Of a stretch of 32,000 nucleotides of DNA, positions 16,423 through 29,490 are shown piece by piece. Made by a program: the position numbers and the translations under genes. The DNA comes from Roseithermus sacchariphilus (GTDB taxonomy: Bacteria; Bacteroidota; Rhodothermia; Rhodothermales; MEBIC09517): positions 2,864,664-2,896,663 of the forward strand of contig CP030158.1 of the NCBI GenBank assembly GCA_003285105.1, in the 5' to 3' direction. A model generated the notes under the pieces. The model did no database searches and had not been told where the DNA came from. It worked only from the letters and a program-made list of their open reading frames with translations. How positions within the stretch are numbered: the stretch's first letter is position 1; each line of letters begins with the position of its first letter.

Positions 16423-17208
16423 ATGAACGAAGGGGAACTGATTCAGTGCATGCGTACGGACCCCGAGCGGGGCTACCGGGTGTTGCTGGACCAGTACACG
16501 GGGGTGCTGCTACGCATGATCCGGAAGTTCATGCGGGACCCCGACGAGGTGATGGAGGTGTATACCGGCATCTGCGAGCGGTTTCGGGCGCAGGACTACC
16601 AGGCGCTGCGCCGGTTTCAGCCCGACGGCAAGCTGGTTCCCTGGTTGAGCGTCGTCGTGGCCAACGCATGCCGCGATCAGTTTCGGAAGAACAGGGCGGT
16701 GTCGATGCCGCGTTCCGTCCTGGATCAACTGGAAGAACGGGAGCGGCTGGTGTTCCGGTACTACTATCAGGAGCGCTACACCTTTCAGGAGATCGTCTAT
16801 CTCATTCGCACCCGGCATGCCCTGGCCTGCACGGCGAGTGATGTGTTGGAGGCCGTCGGGCGTATCACGAGCCTGCTCTCGGCGAAGAAGAAGTGGCATC
16901 TCCTGGCGGCGCTCAACGCCAACACGCCGGCCCTCTCACTCGAAGAATTGAAGGCCGTCGGTCGGGAGCCGGGTGAGCCGTCTCCGTTTCAGGATGCGGC
17001 CGTGGATGATCGGGCGAGCCAGCTACAGGCGGCCGTGCAGGGGCTGCCGGCCGAGGATCGAGCGCTCGTCCTGCTCCGGTTCGAGCAGGGCATGACGGCC
17101 GATCAGATTGCGCGGGTGATGGCCTTCGACAACCGCAAGCAGGTGTATACCCGCCTGCGGACCGTGTTGAATCGCCTCCGCCGGCAACTGGGTGAGGAGG
17201 GGCGCTGA
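16423..17208 (+). CDS. sigma-70 family (ECF-like) sigma factor with an extra region-4-like domain
   Basis: Region 2 is LVPWLSVVVANACRDQFRKN. The first region-4-like block is LEERERLVFRYYYQERYTFQEIVYLI...DVLEAVGRITSLL. The second, canonical region 4 is LPAEDRALVLLRFEQGMTADQIARVMAFDNRKQVYTRLRTVLNRLRRQL. At 261 aa it is longer than typical ECF sigmas. Confidence 0.8.
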   Translation: MNEGELIQCMRTDPERGYRVLLDQYTGVLLRMIRKFMRDPDEVMEVYTGICERFRAQDYQALRRFQPDGKLVPWLSVVVANACRDQFRKNRAVSMPRSVLDQLEERERLVFRYYYQERYTFQEIVYLIRTRHALACTASDVLEAVGRITSLLSAKKKWHLLAALNANTPALSLEELKAVGREPGEPSPFQDAAVDDRASQLQAAVQGLPAEDRALVLLRFEQGMTADQIARVMAFDNRKQVYTRLRTVLNRLRRQLGEEGR

Positions 17209-17313
17209 GCGCGGGGCCGCGAACCTTTCCGCCCTTCACGCTTTCCCAGGCCTCCGCCCGGTTCCGGGTGCGCCGCATCGCGTCGTCCCGCTCCCAGCTT
17301 CGTTTTCGCCCGT

Positions 17314-18339
17314 ATGGAATCCGATCCGACCCCCATCTCCCCCCTGGCCGAGCGTGACGTGCCGGCGCTCTGGGACGGCTGGCCGCCGCACCCGATGATC
17401 CCGCTGGACGGGGTGCTGGAGCGGCAGCAGTTCGCGCCCTGGTTTACGGCCTTCATGGGGTTGATGCTGGCCTTCGTGCTCTTTCAGGTGGTCATCAGCC
17501 CGCTGGCCGTCTTCGGCTTGCTGGCGCTCAAAGGCGTCTCGCTGGCGACCCTCGCGCAGGATCTGAGCACGCTCTACGCCGAGGAGAGCCGCACGCTGTT
17601 GATCGCCAACACCATCGGGCAGGTGCTCGGGCTGGCGATCCCGGCCTGGTTCTTCGCCCGGCTGCACACCTCGGCGGCGGCCCCGTTTCTGCGGCTCCGC
17701 CCGCCGGATGCCGGGTTGCTGGGGCTCTCCGTCCTCGGGCTCGTGGCGCTGATGCCGGTGGTGCAATGGCTCGGCACGGTGAACGAGCAGATCCCCCTGC
17801 CGGAGTTCTGGCGATCCCTCGAACAGTCCCAGCAAGATCTGATCGAACAGGTGCTCTCGGGCGATCTGGGGCTGGTCTTCAGCCTGGCGGTGCTGGCGCT
17901 GACGCCGGCGATCTGCGAGGAGCTGCTGTTCCGGGGTTACGTCCAGCGCCAGGCCGAGCGGAGCATGGGCGTCTGGGGCGGGATCGTCTTTACCGGGGTC
18001 ATCTTCGGGCTCTACCACCTGCGCCTGTCGCAACTGGTGCCGCTCTCGGTGCTGGGCGTCTATCTGGCCTACGTGACCTGGCGCACCGGCAGCCTCTGGC
18101 CGGCCGTGGTGCTGCACCTGCTCAACAACGGGTTTGCCGTGGTCCTGGCCTCGTACGTCTCGGCGCGGCCGGACCTGAGCATGCAGGATGTTGAAGAGTT
18201 CGAGGTTCCGCTGTATGCTGTAGTGGCCGGGGTGGCGCTCTTCGGCGTGATCGTGCGGGCCCTGCACGCGCGCGGTCGGGCGCTGCACGCGCCCCCACCT
18301 GCTTCCGACGTACGATCATCGACGCTTCGCGCGTACTGA
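17314..18339 (+). CDS. CPBP family intramembrane glutamic endopeptidase (CAAX protease/Abi fold)
   Basis: Motif 1 EELLFRGY, motif 2 FGLYH and motif 3 HLLNN are all present, with multiple hydrophobic helices. Confidence 0.85.
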   Translation: MESDPTPISPLAERDVPALWDGWPPHPMIPLDGVLERQQFAPWFTAFMGLMLAFVLFQVVISPLAVFGLLALKGVSLATLAQDLSTLYAEESRTLLIANTIGQVLGLAIPAWFFARLHTSAAAPFLRLRPPDAGLLGLSVLGLVALMPVVQWLGTVNEQIPLPEFWRSLEQSQQDLIEQVLSGDLGLVFSLAVLALTPAICEELLFRGYVQRQAERSMGVWGGIVFTGVIFGLYHLRLSQLVPLSVLGVYLAYVTWRTGSLWPAVVLHLLNNGFAVVLASYVSARPDLSMQDVEEFEVPLYAVVAGVALFGVIVRALHARGRALHAPPPASDVRSSTLRAY

Positions 18340-18340
18340 C

Positions 18341-18703
18341 ATGGCTGGACTGCAATACGAGGAATGGATCGTGGTCTATCAGAGCACGACCGATTACGAG
18401 TCCGACATCGTCCGGGATCGGCTCGATGATGCGGGCATCCCGGCCATCGTGCTGACGCAGCGCGACCATGCCTTCAACCTCACGCTGGGCGAGATGGCGT
18501 CGGTGAACGTGCTGGTGCCGCCCGAGTACGTCGAGCGGGCGCGGGAGGTGCTCACCAGCGAGCCGCTGACGGACGAAGAGCTGGAGGAGGCGGCGCTCCA
18601 GGCCGACCCCAACGCGCCGCCGGCCCACGACCCGGACGAGGAGGCGATGCTGGACTCCGGCAATGAGCGCATTCGCTTCCGCAAAAAGCCGGCGGATGAC
18701 TGA
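18341..18703 (+). CDS. DUF2007-like small protein (putative signal-transducing domain)
   Basis: The ATG lies 1 nt after the CPBP stop. The pattern VVYQSTTDYESDIVRDRLDDAGIPAIVL...VNVLVPPEYVERAREVL resembles the DUF2007 fold family, and the tail is acidic. Confidence 0.6.
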   Translation: MAGLQYEEWIVVYQSTTDYESDIVRDRLDDAGIPAIVLTQRDHAFNLTLGEMASVNVLVPPEYVERAREVLTSEPLTDEELEEAALQADPNAPPAHDPDEEAMLDSGNERIRFRKKPADD

Positions 18704-18757
18704 CGCCGTCGCGGCGGTCGTGCCCGCTTCGTATCCCTCGCTACCCGGTGTCGTCCG

Positions 18758-19570
18758 GTGACCAACGCGCTCCAGCGAATCCTGACGGCGCTCGTGGCGA
18801 TCCCGGTCGTACTGGGGCTGGCCTACGTGGGGGGGTGGCCCTTCGCGCTGCTGGTGCTGGGGATCGCGCTGGTGGCCCAGTGGGAGGTCTACGGCCTGAT
18901 GGCGAAAGCCGGCCTGGACCCGTTCCCCGTGGCCGGGCTGCTCCTGGGCGGGCTGGTCGGGCTGCGGCCGATGTGGCCGGAGGCGACCCTGCTGCTGGGG
19001 GCGGCGGTGCCGGGGCTGCTGGCCCTCTGGCTCTTCGCGCGGGATGCGCGGAAGCCGCTGCCCGCGCTGGCCTCCACCCTCGCCGGCGTCGTGTACCCGG
19101 TGGCGCTGCTGGTGGTGCTAGCCGACGTGCGGGCCGGCACCGGCCTGGGGGTGACGGACGAGCAGGCGTTCGCGCTCACCCTCACGCTGTTCGTGCTGAT
19201 CTGGGTGACGGATACGGCGGCATATGTGGTGGGGAAGAACCTGGGGCGGCGCCCGCTGGCCCCTGCCATCTCGCCGAAGAAAACCTGGGAGGGCACCCTG
19301 GGCGGCGTGCTCGGAGCCCTGCTCGGAGCCGCCGTCCTGAAGATGACGCTGCTGGACTTTCTGGCCTGGCCGCACGTGCTGGCCGTGGCGGCGATCTGCG
19401 GCGGCTTCAGCCAGCTGGGAGATCTGTTCGAGAGCGGGCTCAAGCGCTCGGTGCAGGTCAAGGATTCCGGCGCGTTCCTGCCCGGGCACGGGGGGCTGCT
19501 CGATCGGTTCGATGCGATGATCTTCGCCGCGCCCCTCGTCTATGTCTACCTTCGCCTGGTAGCGTGTTGA
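18758..19570 (+). CDS. cdsA: phosphatidate cytidylyltransferase (CDP-diglyceride synthase)
   Basis: SPKKTWEG and the signature GDLFESGLKRSVQVKDSGAFLPGHGGLLDRFD. Polytopic membrane protein. GTG start. Confidence 0.9.
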   Translation: MTNALQRILTALVAIPVVLGLAYVGGWPFALLVLGIALVAQWEVYGLMAKAGLDPFPVAGLLLGGLVGLRPMWPEATLLLGAAVPGLLALWLFARDARKPLPALASTLAGVVYPVALLVVLADVRAGTGLGVTDEQAFALTLTLFVLIWVTDTAAYVVGKNLGRRPLAPAISPKKTWEGTLGGVLGALLGAAVLKMTLLDFLAWPHVLAVAAICGGFSQLGDLFESGLKRSVQVKDSGAFLPGHGGLLDRFDAMIFAAPLVYVYLRLVAC

Positions 19571-19893
19571 AGGGGGGGACCCCGCCCGCTTCGGGGTGCG
19601 CCCGGCCCTGCGGCCGTCCGGTGTCCTCCCTGCCCCCGTGACGCGACGCCGAGCGCGAAAAATCGGCTCCGGCGGCCCCGGTCGTCTCCCCGCGCGTGCC
19701 GGCGAATCGGCCCGTTACACCGGCGCTGAGTGCCGGGAGGCGGTGCCGGGCGGACGGGACCAAATCGGGCCGCGTCGTGTACCACCGGGTACCCTGTGAC
19801 AGCACGGTGACGCAGGGTGCGCGTACCCTGGCGTCGCCGGCCGAAGGTCGACGGGGGTTGCGCTTCGTTTCTCAGCCAGGATCGTTCAGAGGC

Positions 19894-20100
19894 ATGGGCA
19901 TCTTCATCCCCAGGCGCCGGGTCAAGCACCGGCGTTTCGACTACGAGCCCCGCTACTACAACCCCGAAAAGGACGAAAGCATCAAGCGGCGGATGCGCAT
20001 CAAGAGCCGCGCCCGCCACAAGCGGCGCAGCAAGCTGGACATGCTGTATCTGCTGATCCTGCTGCTCTTCGCCATGTTCATCTACAACCAGCTCGCCTGA
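19894..20100 (+). CDS. small basic protein (68 aa) with C-terminal transmembrane helix
   Basis: Nearly every codon ends in G or C, which is a strong coding signal in this genome. The product is MGIFIPRRRVKHRRFDYEPRYYNPEKDESIKRRMRIKSRARHKRRSKLD followed by MLYLLILLLFAMFIYNQLA. No family recognised. Confidence 0.55.
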   Translation: MGIFIPRRRVKHRRFDYEPRYYNPEKDESIKRRMRIKSRARHKRRSKLDMLYLLILLLFAMFIYNQLA

Positions 20101-20138
20101 CCCACGCGAGGCATCGTTCGATCCGATCGACAGACACT

Positions 20139-22199
20139 GTGGCAGACGTATCTTCCGACCCAGAACCGATCATCCGGGTGATGCCGGAGACGCTGGCCAA
20201 CAAGATCGCGGCCGGCGAAGTCGTGCAGCGTCCGGCGTCGGCGCTGAAAGAGCTGATCGAGAATGCCCTCGACGCCGGCGCCGACGCCATCGACGTGGTC
20301 TTGAAAAAGGCCGGGAGTGAACTCATTCAGGTGATCGACAACGGCTGCGGCATGGGCCCGGCCGACGCGGTGGCCTGCTTCCAGCGCCACGCCACGAGCA
20401 AGATCACCTCCATCGAAGACCTCGAGCGCATCCGCACGCTGGGATTCCGGGGGGAGGCGCTGGCCTCCATCGCCGCCGTGGCGCAGGTGGAGCTGCGCAC
20501 CCGGCGCGTCGAGGACGAAGCGGGGACGTGCGTACGCATCCACGGCGGCACGCTGGTGGATACGCAGCCCTGCGCGGCACCCGGCGGCACCTCTCTGGCC
20601 GTGCGCAACCTGTTCTTCAACGTCCCCGCCCGCCGCAACTTCCTCAAGACGCCCGCCACGGAGTTCCGGCACCTCGTCGAGACGTTCCAGTTCCTGGCGC
20701 TGTCCAACCCGGACGTCGGCTTCACGCTGACGCATGACGACAATGAGGTCTACCGCCTCACGCCGTCCCGCGCGGCGGCCGGCCACGAAGCGCTCCGGCA
20801 CCGCATCCTCGAGCTCTTCGGCGAGAGCTACCGGGATGCGCTGGTGCCCGTCGAGGAGACGACGAGCTACCTGTCCGTCTACGGCTTCGTCGGCACGCCG
20901 GAGTTTCATCGCAAGAGCCGCGGGGAGCAGTTCCTGTTCGTCAACCGGCGCTACGTCAAGAACCGCTACCTGGAGCACGCGGTGGCCTCCGGGTTCGGGG
21001 ATATGCTGCCGGAGGGGGCCTTCCCGTTCTTCACGCTGTTCCTGGACCTGGACCCGCGGCACGTGGATGTGAACGTGCACCCGACGAAGGCCGAGGTCAA
21101 GTTCGACGACGAGCGGGGCATCTACGGGTTCATCAAGGCGGTGGTGAAAAAAGCGCTCGGCACGGCGGACCTGACGCCGCGGTTCGAGGCCGGGCCGGAG
21201 GGGCGGTCCTTCGCGGCCACGCTGCACGCCGGTGGCGCGCCGGCTTCGTCGGTCCCGCCTGCACCGGAGCCGCGGCGACCGGCCGGGGCGTCCTCGCCCG
21301 TGCCTTCGTTTCCCGACAGCCCGTTCCGCGTCGGTCCCGGCCGGGGCGGGAGCCGCGGCGACGGCCGGGGCTGGCAGATGAGCCTGGGCACGTCGGCCGG
21401 CACGTCGGCCGGCACGTCGGCCGGCTCGTCGGAACGCCTCACGGGCATCCCGGCCGGGACGCTCTCCGGGCGGCTCTACGGCGGCGCCCCGACCCCGCTC
21501 GCCGCGCCGCCCGAGCCCACGGAGGGGCCGACAGGTGAGCCGCCGGAGGCCGCCGAGGGGCCGGACGTGCAGGGGGTGCCGTCGGTCATGAACCAGGTGG
21601 GCCGGCAGGAATGGGAGGGGCCGGGGGAGGCGCTGCTCTGGCAGTTGCACGGCACCTACGTGCTCACGCAGATCCACTCCGGGCTGATGATCCTGGATCA
21701 GAACGCCGCCCACGAGCGGATCCTCTACGAGCGCGCCCTGCAGGCCATGCAGAGCGGCTTCGGCCTGTCGCAACAGCTGCTCTTCCCGCATACCATCGAC
21801 TTCAGCCCGGCCGACTTCGAGCTGCTCAAGGAGCTGATGCCGGATCTGCGCTCGCTGGGCTTCGACCTGGAGTTCTTCAGCGGCCGCTCCGTGGTGGTCC
21901 GCGGCGTGCCGGCCGACGTCCGCCCCGGAGACGAACGGGCCATCCTGGAGGAGATCCTCCAGCAGTTCAAGACCCACGTGGACACGCTCCAGATCCGGGG
22001 GCGGGAGAACCTGGCACGGAGCATCGCCCGGCGCAGCGCCATCGCTGTCGGGGAACGCCTCTCGCCCAAGGAGATGCGCTCGCTGATCGACCAGCTCTTC
22101 CAGTGTGAGATGCCCTACGCCGGCCCGGACGGCCGCCCGACGCTCATCCGCATCCCCATCGAGGAGCTGAACAAACGCTTCGGGCGGACCGACCGGTAG
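20139..22199 (+). CDS. mutL: DNA mismatch repair protein MutL
   Basis: GHKL ATPase N-terminus LANKIAAGEVVQRPASALKELIENALDAGA, DNGCGM, GFRGEAL and VNVHPTKAEVKF. A C-terminal dimerisation/endonuclease region follows a long low-complexity linker. GTG start at 20139. Confidence 0.93.
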   Translation: MADVSSDPEPIIRVMPETLANKIAAGEVVQRPASALKELIENALDAGADAIDVVLKKAGSELIQVIDNGCGMGPADAVACFQRHATSKITSIEDLERIRTLGFRGEALASIAAVAQVELRTRRVEDEAGTCVRIHGGTLVDTQPCAAPGGTSLAVRNLFFNVPARRNFLKTPATEFRHLVETFQFLALSNPDVGFTLTHDDNEVYRLTPSRAAAGHEALRHRILELFGESYRDALVPVEETTSYLSVYGFVGTPEFHRKSRGEQFLFVNRRYVKNRYLEHAVASGFGDMLPEGAFPFFTLFLDLDPRHVDVNVHPTKAEVKFDDERGIYGFIKAVVKKALGTADLTPRFEAGPEGRSFAATLHAGGAPASSVPPAPEPRRPAGASSPVPSFPDSPFRVGPGRGGSRGDGRGWQMSLGTSAGTSAGTSAGSSERLTGIPAGTLSGRLYGGAPTPLAAPPEPTEGPTGEPPEAAEGPDVQGVPSVMNQVGRQEWEGPGEALLWQLHGTYVLTQIHSGLMILDQNAAHERILYERALQAMQSGFGLSQQLLFPHTIDFSPADFELLKELMPDLRSLGFDLEFFSGRSVVVRGVPADVRPGDERAILEEILQQFKTHVDTLQIRGRENLARSIARRSAIAVGERLSPKEMRSLIDQLFQCEMPYAGPDGRPTLIRIPIEELNKRFGRTDR
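21387..21432 (+). repeat. in-frame 12-bp tandem repeat (GGCACGTCGGCC x3 plus a partial copy)
   Basis: Exact units at 21387-21398, 21399-21410 and 21411-21422, then GGCTCGTCGG. Together they encode GTSAGTSAGTSAGSS in the MutL linker. Confidence 0.9.
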
Positions 22200-22201
22200 C
22201 G

Positions 22202-23647
22202 ATGAGCACGCCGCATGAGGCAGAGGGCCTGCCGGAGCAGGTGCGTCGGTTCATGGCCGAGCAGGGCCTGCCGGAGCCGGGCGAGGCGGTGCTCGTGGGC
22301 CTCAGCGGCGGCGTCGATTCGGTGGTGCTCACGGTGGTGTTGCAGCGGCTCGGCTACCGCGTTGCGGCGGCACATGTGAACTACCGGCTCCGGGGGGCGG
22401 CCTCGGAGGAGGACGAAGCCTGGGTGCGTGCCTTCTGCCGGGAGCAGAGGGTGCCCTGCCACGTCCGGCGGTTGGCCGAGGGAGCGGTGGTGCGGGTGGC
22501 CCGCGGGACTGGCGGCTCCGTGCAGGCGGCGGCGCGGACCCTGCGGTACGCGTATTTCGAGGAACGCGCCCGCCGGCTGGGCCTGCGCTGGGTGGCCGTG
22601 GCGCATCATCTGGACGACCAGGCCGAGACCGTGCTGCTGCATCTGCTGCGCGGGACGGGGGTGGAGGGGCTGGCGGGGATGCCGGTGGCGCGGCCCATCC
22701 GGCCCGGCAGTCCGGTGCGGGTCATGCGGCCGCTGCTGGGGGTGCGCCGGCACGCCATCGAAGCGTTCGCCCGGCACCAGGGCCTCGGCTGTCGGGAGGA
22801 TGCCTCCAACACCCACCCCCGGTACCGGCGCGGGGTGCTGCGGGCCGAGGTGCTGCCGCTGCTGGAAGCCCGCTTCGGCGCGGCGGTGGTGCCCAACCTG
22901 GCCCGCACGGCCGCCCTCGTGCGCGGGTACGTGGACGGTCCGTTCGCCGAAACCCTGGAGCGCTGCTTCGACGCGGCCGTCGAGGCCGCCGGCGGGGGCC
23001 GCGCGCTGTCTACCGACGTGCTGGCGGCGCTGCCGCAGGTATGGCGGCAGCGGGTGCTGATCGAAGCGCTGCGCCGCTGGCTCCCGGACGCTTCCGTGAC
23101 GGAAGCCCGTGCCCGCGCGCTGGCCCGCCTCGTGCCGGCGCAGGTCGGGCGGCGGCTGGATCTGCCGGGCGGGAGCGTCTGGCGCGAGCGGGGCCGCCTG
23201 GTCTTCCGCCCCGGCGAAGCGCGCCCGGCCGCCGACCCGACGGTGCCCGTCGCCCTCCCCGGCACCACCCGCTTTCCGGGGGGCACGCTCGTCATCGAAC
23301 CCCTCCCGTCCGTCCCCGCCTCGCTCGTCCCGCCTTCGCCCGACGTGGTCTACGTGGATCTCGACCGCCTCCGGGGCCCGCTCGTCCTCCGGCCCTGGCA
23401 GGCCGGCGACCGGCTGCAGCCCTTCGGGATGGCCGGCCACAAGCGGGTCAGCGATCTGCTCACCGATGCCCGGGTGCCCTCGCACCAGCGGGAGCACGTC
23501 TGGGTCCTGACCGACGGCGGTGCGGTGCTCTGGGTCCTCGGCCACCGGATGGACGAGCGCGGACGGGTGACGCCGCAGACCCGGCGGGTTGCGAAATTCA
23601 CGTATAAACGGCCGCCGCCCCGGCCGCCGGCGGACGCCGCGGTGTGA
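22202..23647 (+). CDS. tilS: tRNA(Ile)-lysidine synthetase
   Basis: PP-loop VLVGLSGGVDSVVL, AHHLDDQAETVLL, and a C-terminal TilS substrate-binding pattern (RPWQAGDRLQPFGMAGHKRVSDLL). The ATG lies 2 nt after the mutL stop. Confidence 0.9.
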   Translation: MSTPHEAEGLPEQVRRFMAEQGLPEPGEAVLVGLSGGVDSVVLTVVLQRLGYRVAAAHVNYRLRGAASEEDEAWVRAFCREQRVPCHVRRLAEGAVVRVARGTGGSVQAAARTLRYAYFEERARRLGLRWVAVAHHLDDQAETVLLHLLRGTGVEGLAGMPVARPIRPGSPVRVMRPLLGVRRHAIEAFARHQGLGCREDASNTHPRYRRGVLRAEVLPLLEARFGAAVVPNLARTAALVRGYVDGPFAETLERCFDAAVEAAGGGRALSTDVLAALPQVWRQRVLIEALRRWLPDASVTEARARALARLVPAQVGRRLDLPGGSVWRERGRLVFRPGEARPAADPTVPVALPGTTRFPGGTLVIEPLPSVPASLVPPSPDVVYVDLDRLRGPLVLRPWQAGDRLQPFGMAGHKRVSDLLTDARVPSHQREHVWVLTDGGAVLWVLGHRMDERGRVTPQTRRVAKFTYKRPPPRPPADAAV

Positions 23648-23706
23648 ATCCATCCGGGGAAGCCGTACTTTTCCGGCTTCGTCACCTCCCCAGCCTCCCA
23701 GACGTC

Positions 23707-24294
23707 ATGGCCTCCCCTGCGTCCACCACCCCCACCGTGATGTGCCGGGGCGAACGATTCCGCCTCTTTCTGGACGAAGCCACCATCCAGGCCCGCGTGC
23801 GTGAGCTGGGCCGGCAGATCAGCGCCGACTATGCCGGCCGACGCCCGATCCTCATCGGCGTGCTGAACGGGGCATTCATGTTCCTGGCGGATCTCATGCG
23901 AGCCATCGACATCGACTGCGAGGTCGACTTCCTGAAGCTCTCCTCCTACGGGGCACAGAAGGTGTCGAGCGGCCAGGTGCAGGAACTCAAACGCATCGAC
24001 GCCGACGTCCGGGGGCGGGACGTCCTCATCGTCGAAGACATCGTCGACACCGGCCTCTCGATGCACTACATGCAGCGCCTGCTGGAGGCGCACGAGCCGG
24101 CTTCGGTGCGGACGGTCACGCTGCTGCACAAACCCGACGCCACGCGCAACGACGTGCAACTCGACTACGTGGCCTTCGAGATCCCGAACCTCTTCGTGAT
24201 CGGCTACGGCCTCGACTACGGCCAGCTCGCCCGCAACCTGCGCGAGATCTACATCCTCGACGAGGAGGCGACGGACGTACCTGCCGGGGACTGA
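23707..24294 (+). CDS. hpt: hypoxanthine phosphoribosyltransferase
   Basis: ILIGVLNGAFMFLADL, PRPP loop VLIVEDIVDTGLS, and FVIGYGLDY. Start at ATG 23707. The tilS-hpt adjacency is a common arrangement. Confidence 0.9.
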   Translation: MASPASTTPTVMCRGERFRLFLDEATIQARVRELGRQISADYAGRRPILIGVLNGAFMFLADLMRAIDIDCEVDFLKLSSYGAQKVSSGQVQELKRIDADVRGRDVLIVEDIVDTGLSMHYMQRLLEAHEPASVRTVTLLHKPDATRNDVQLDYVAFEIPNLFVIGYGLDYGQLARNLREIYILDEEATDVPAGD

Positions 24295-24612
24295 GCCGCT
24301 CCGGCACCCCGGCACCAGCCTGCCCGCACCGGCAAGTGCACGAGAGCCAGGGGCCGGCGCGGAGGCCCCATCGCGCCACACGGTCGCCGGCAGCCGGGAG
24401 ATCCCCGACCCTACGGGCGGATCGGCATCGCCCCCACAGCCTCTCTGCGCGAGCGCCTACAACCTCCTGCTCGGCCGGTCGCCATGTTGTCTCCGTGGGG
24501 CGGACGGCCTGCGCATCGTCTCGGCGACCCGCCCCCGCCCAGCCTGAGGGCGTCGCCCCGGCCGGTCGGTGCGCGGTGGCGTCTCCCGTGCGATGTTCCG
24601 CCGAAACGATCG

Positions 24613-24642
24613 TTGACATGACTTGATATAACAAGTATCTTG
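24613..24642 (+). promoter_or_regulatory. candidate sigma-70-type promoter with overlapping CTTG/CAAG inverted repeats
   Basis: TTGACA (24613-24618), a 17-nt spacer, then TATCTT (24636-24641), about 48 nt upstream of ATG 24689. The spacer holds the near-palindrome ACTTGATA|TAACAAGT (14/16), followed by CAAG-TAT-CTTG. This is the only AT-rich patch in a 395-bp GC-rich leader. An SD-like GGGAGG sits at 24681-24686. Confidence 0.35.
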
Positions 24643-24688
24643 TCCCGGCGCCGGAAGCGCTTTTGCTCAGCGGCTCAGAAGGGAGGCC

Positions 24689-26368
<1,680 letters not shown>

Positions 26369-26410
26369 CCCCATCGAGGGCAGGCGGTGCGCCCGCCCCT
26401 CCGACGCATC

Positions 26411-29434
<3,024 letters not shown>

Positions 29435-29490
29435 CGCCCCTGGGCCGCGTGGGCGCACGGATCCACCGAAACGTTCACGGAGGTTTTCCC

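Noticed and set aside
19696-19893. The N-terminal extension of the small basic protein ORF (134-aa version).
   Set aside because: The extension is Arg/Gly/Pro-rich with no features and has a weaker GC3 signal than the distal 68 codons. The internal ATG 19894 gives a coherent small tail-anchored protein.
24336-24626. A 96-aa ORF inside the 395-bp leader upstream of the FeS-NrfD gene.
   Set aside because: The product is Arg/Ser/Pro/Ala-rich, of the type produced by random frames in GC-rich DNA. It has no start context or motif, so I treat the region as non-coding.
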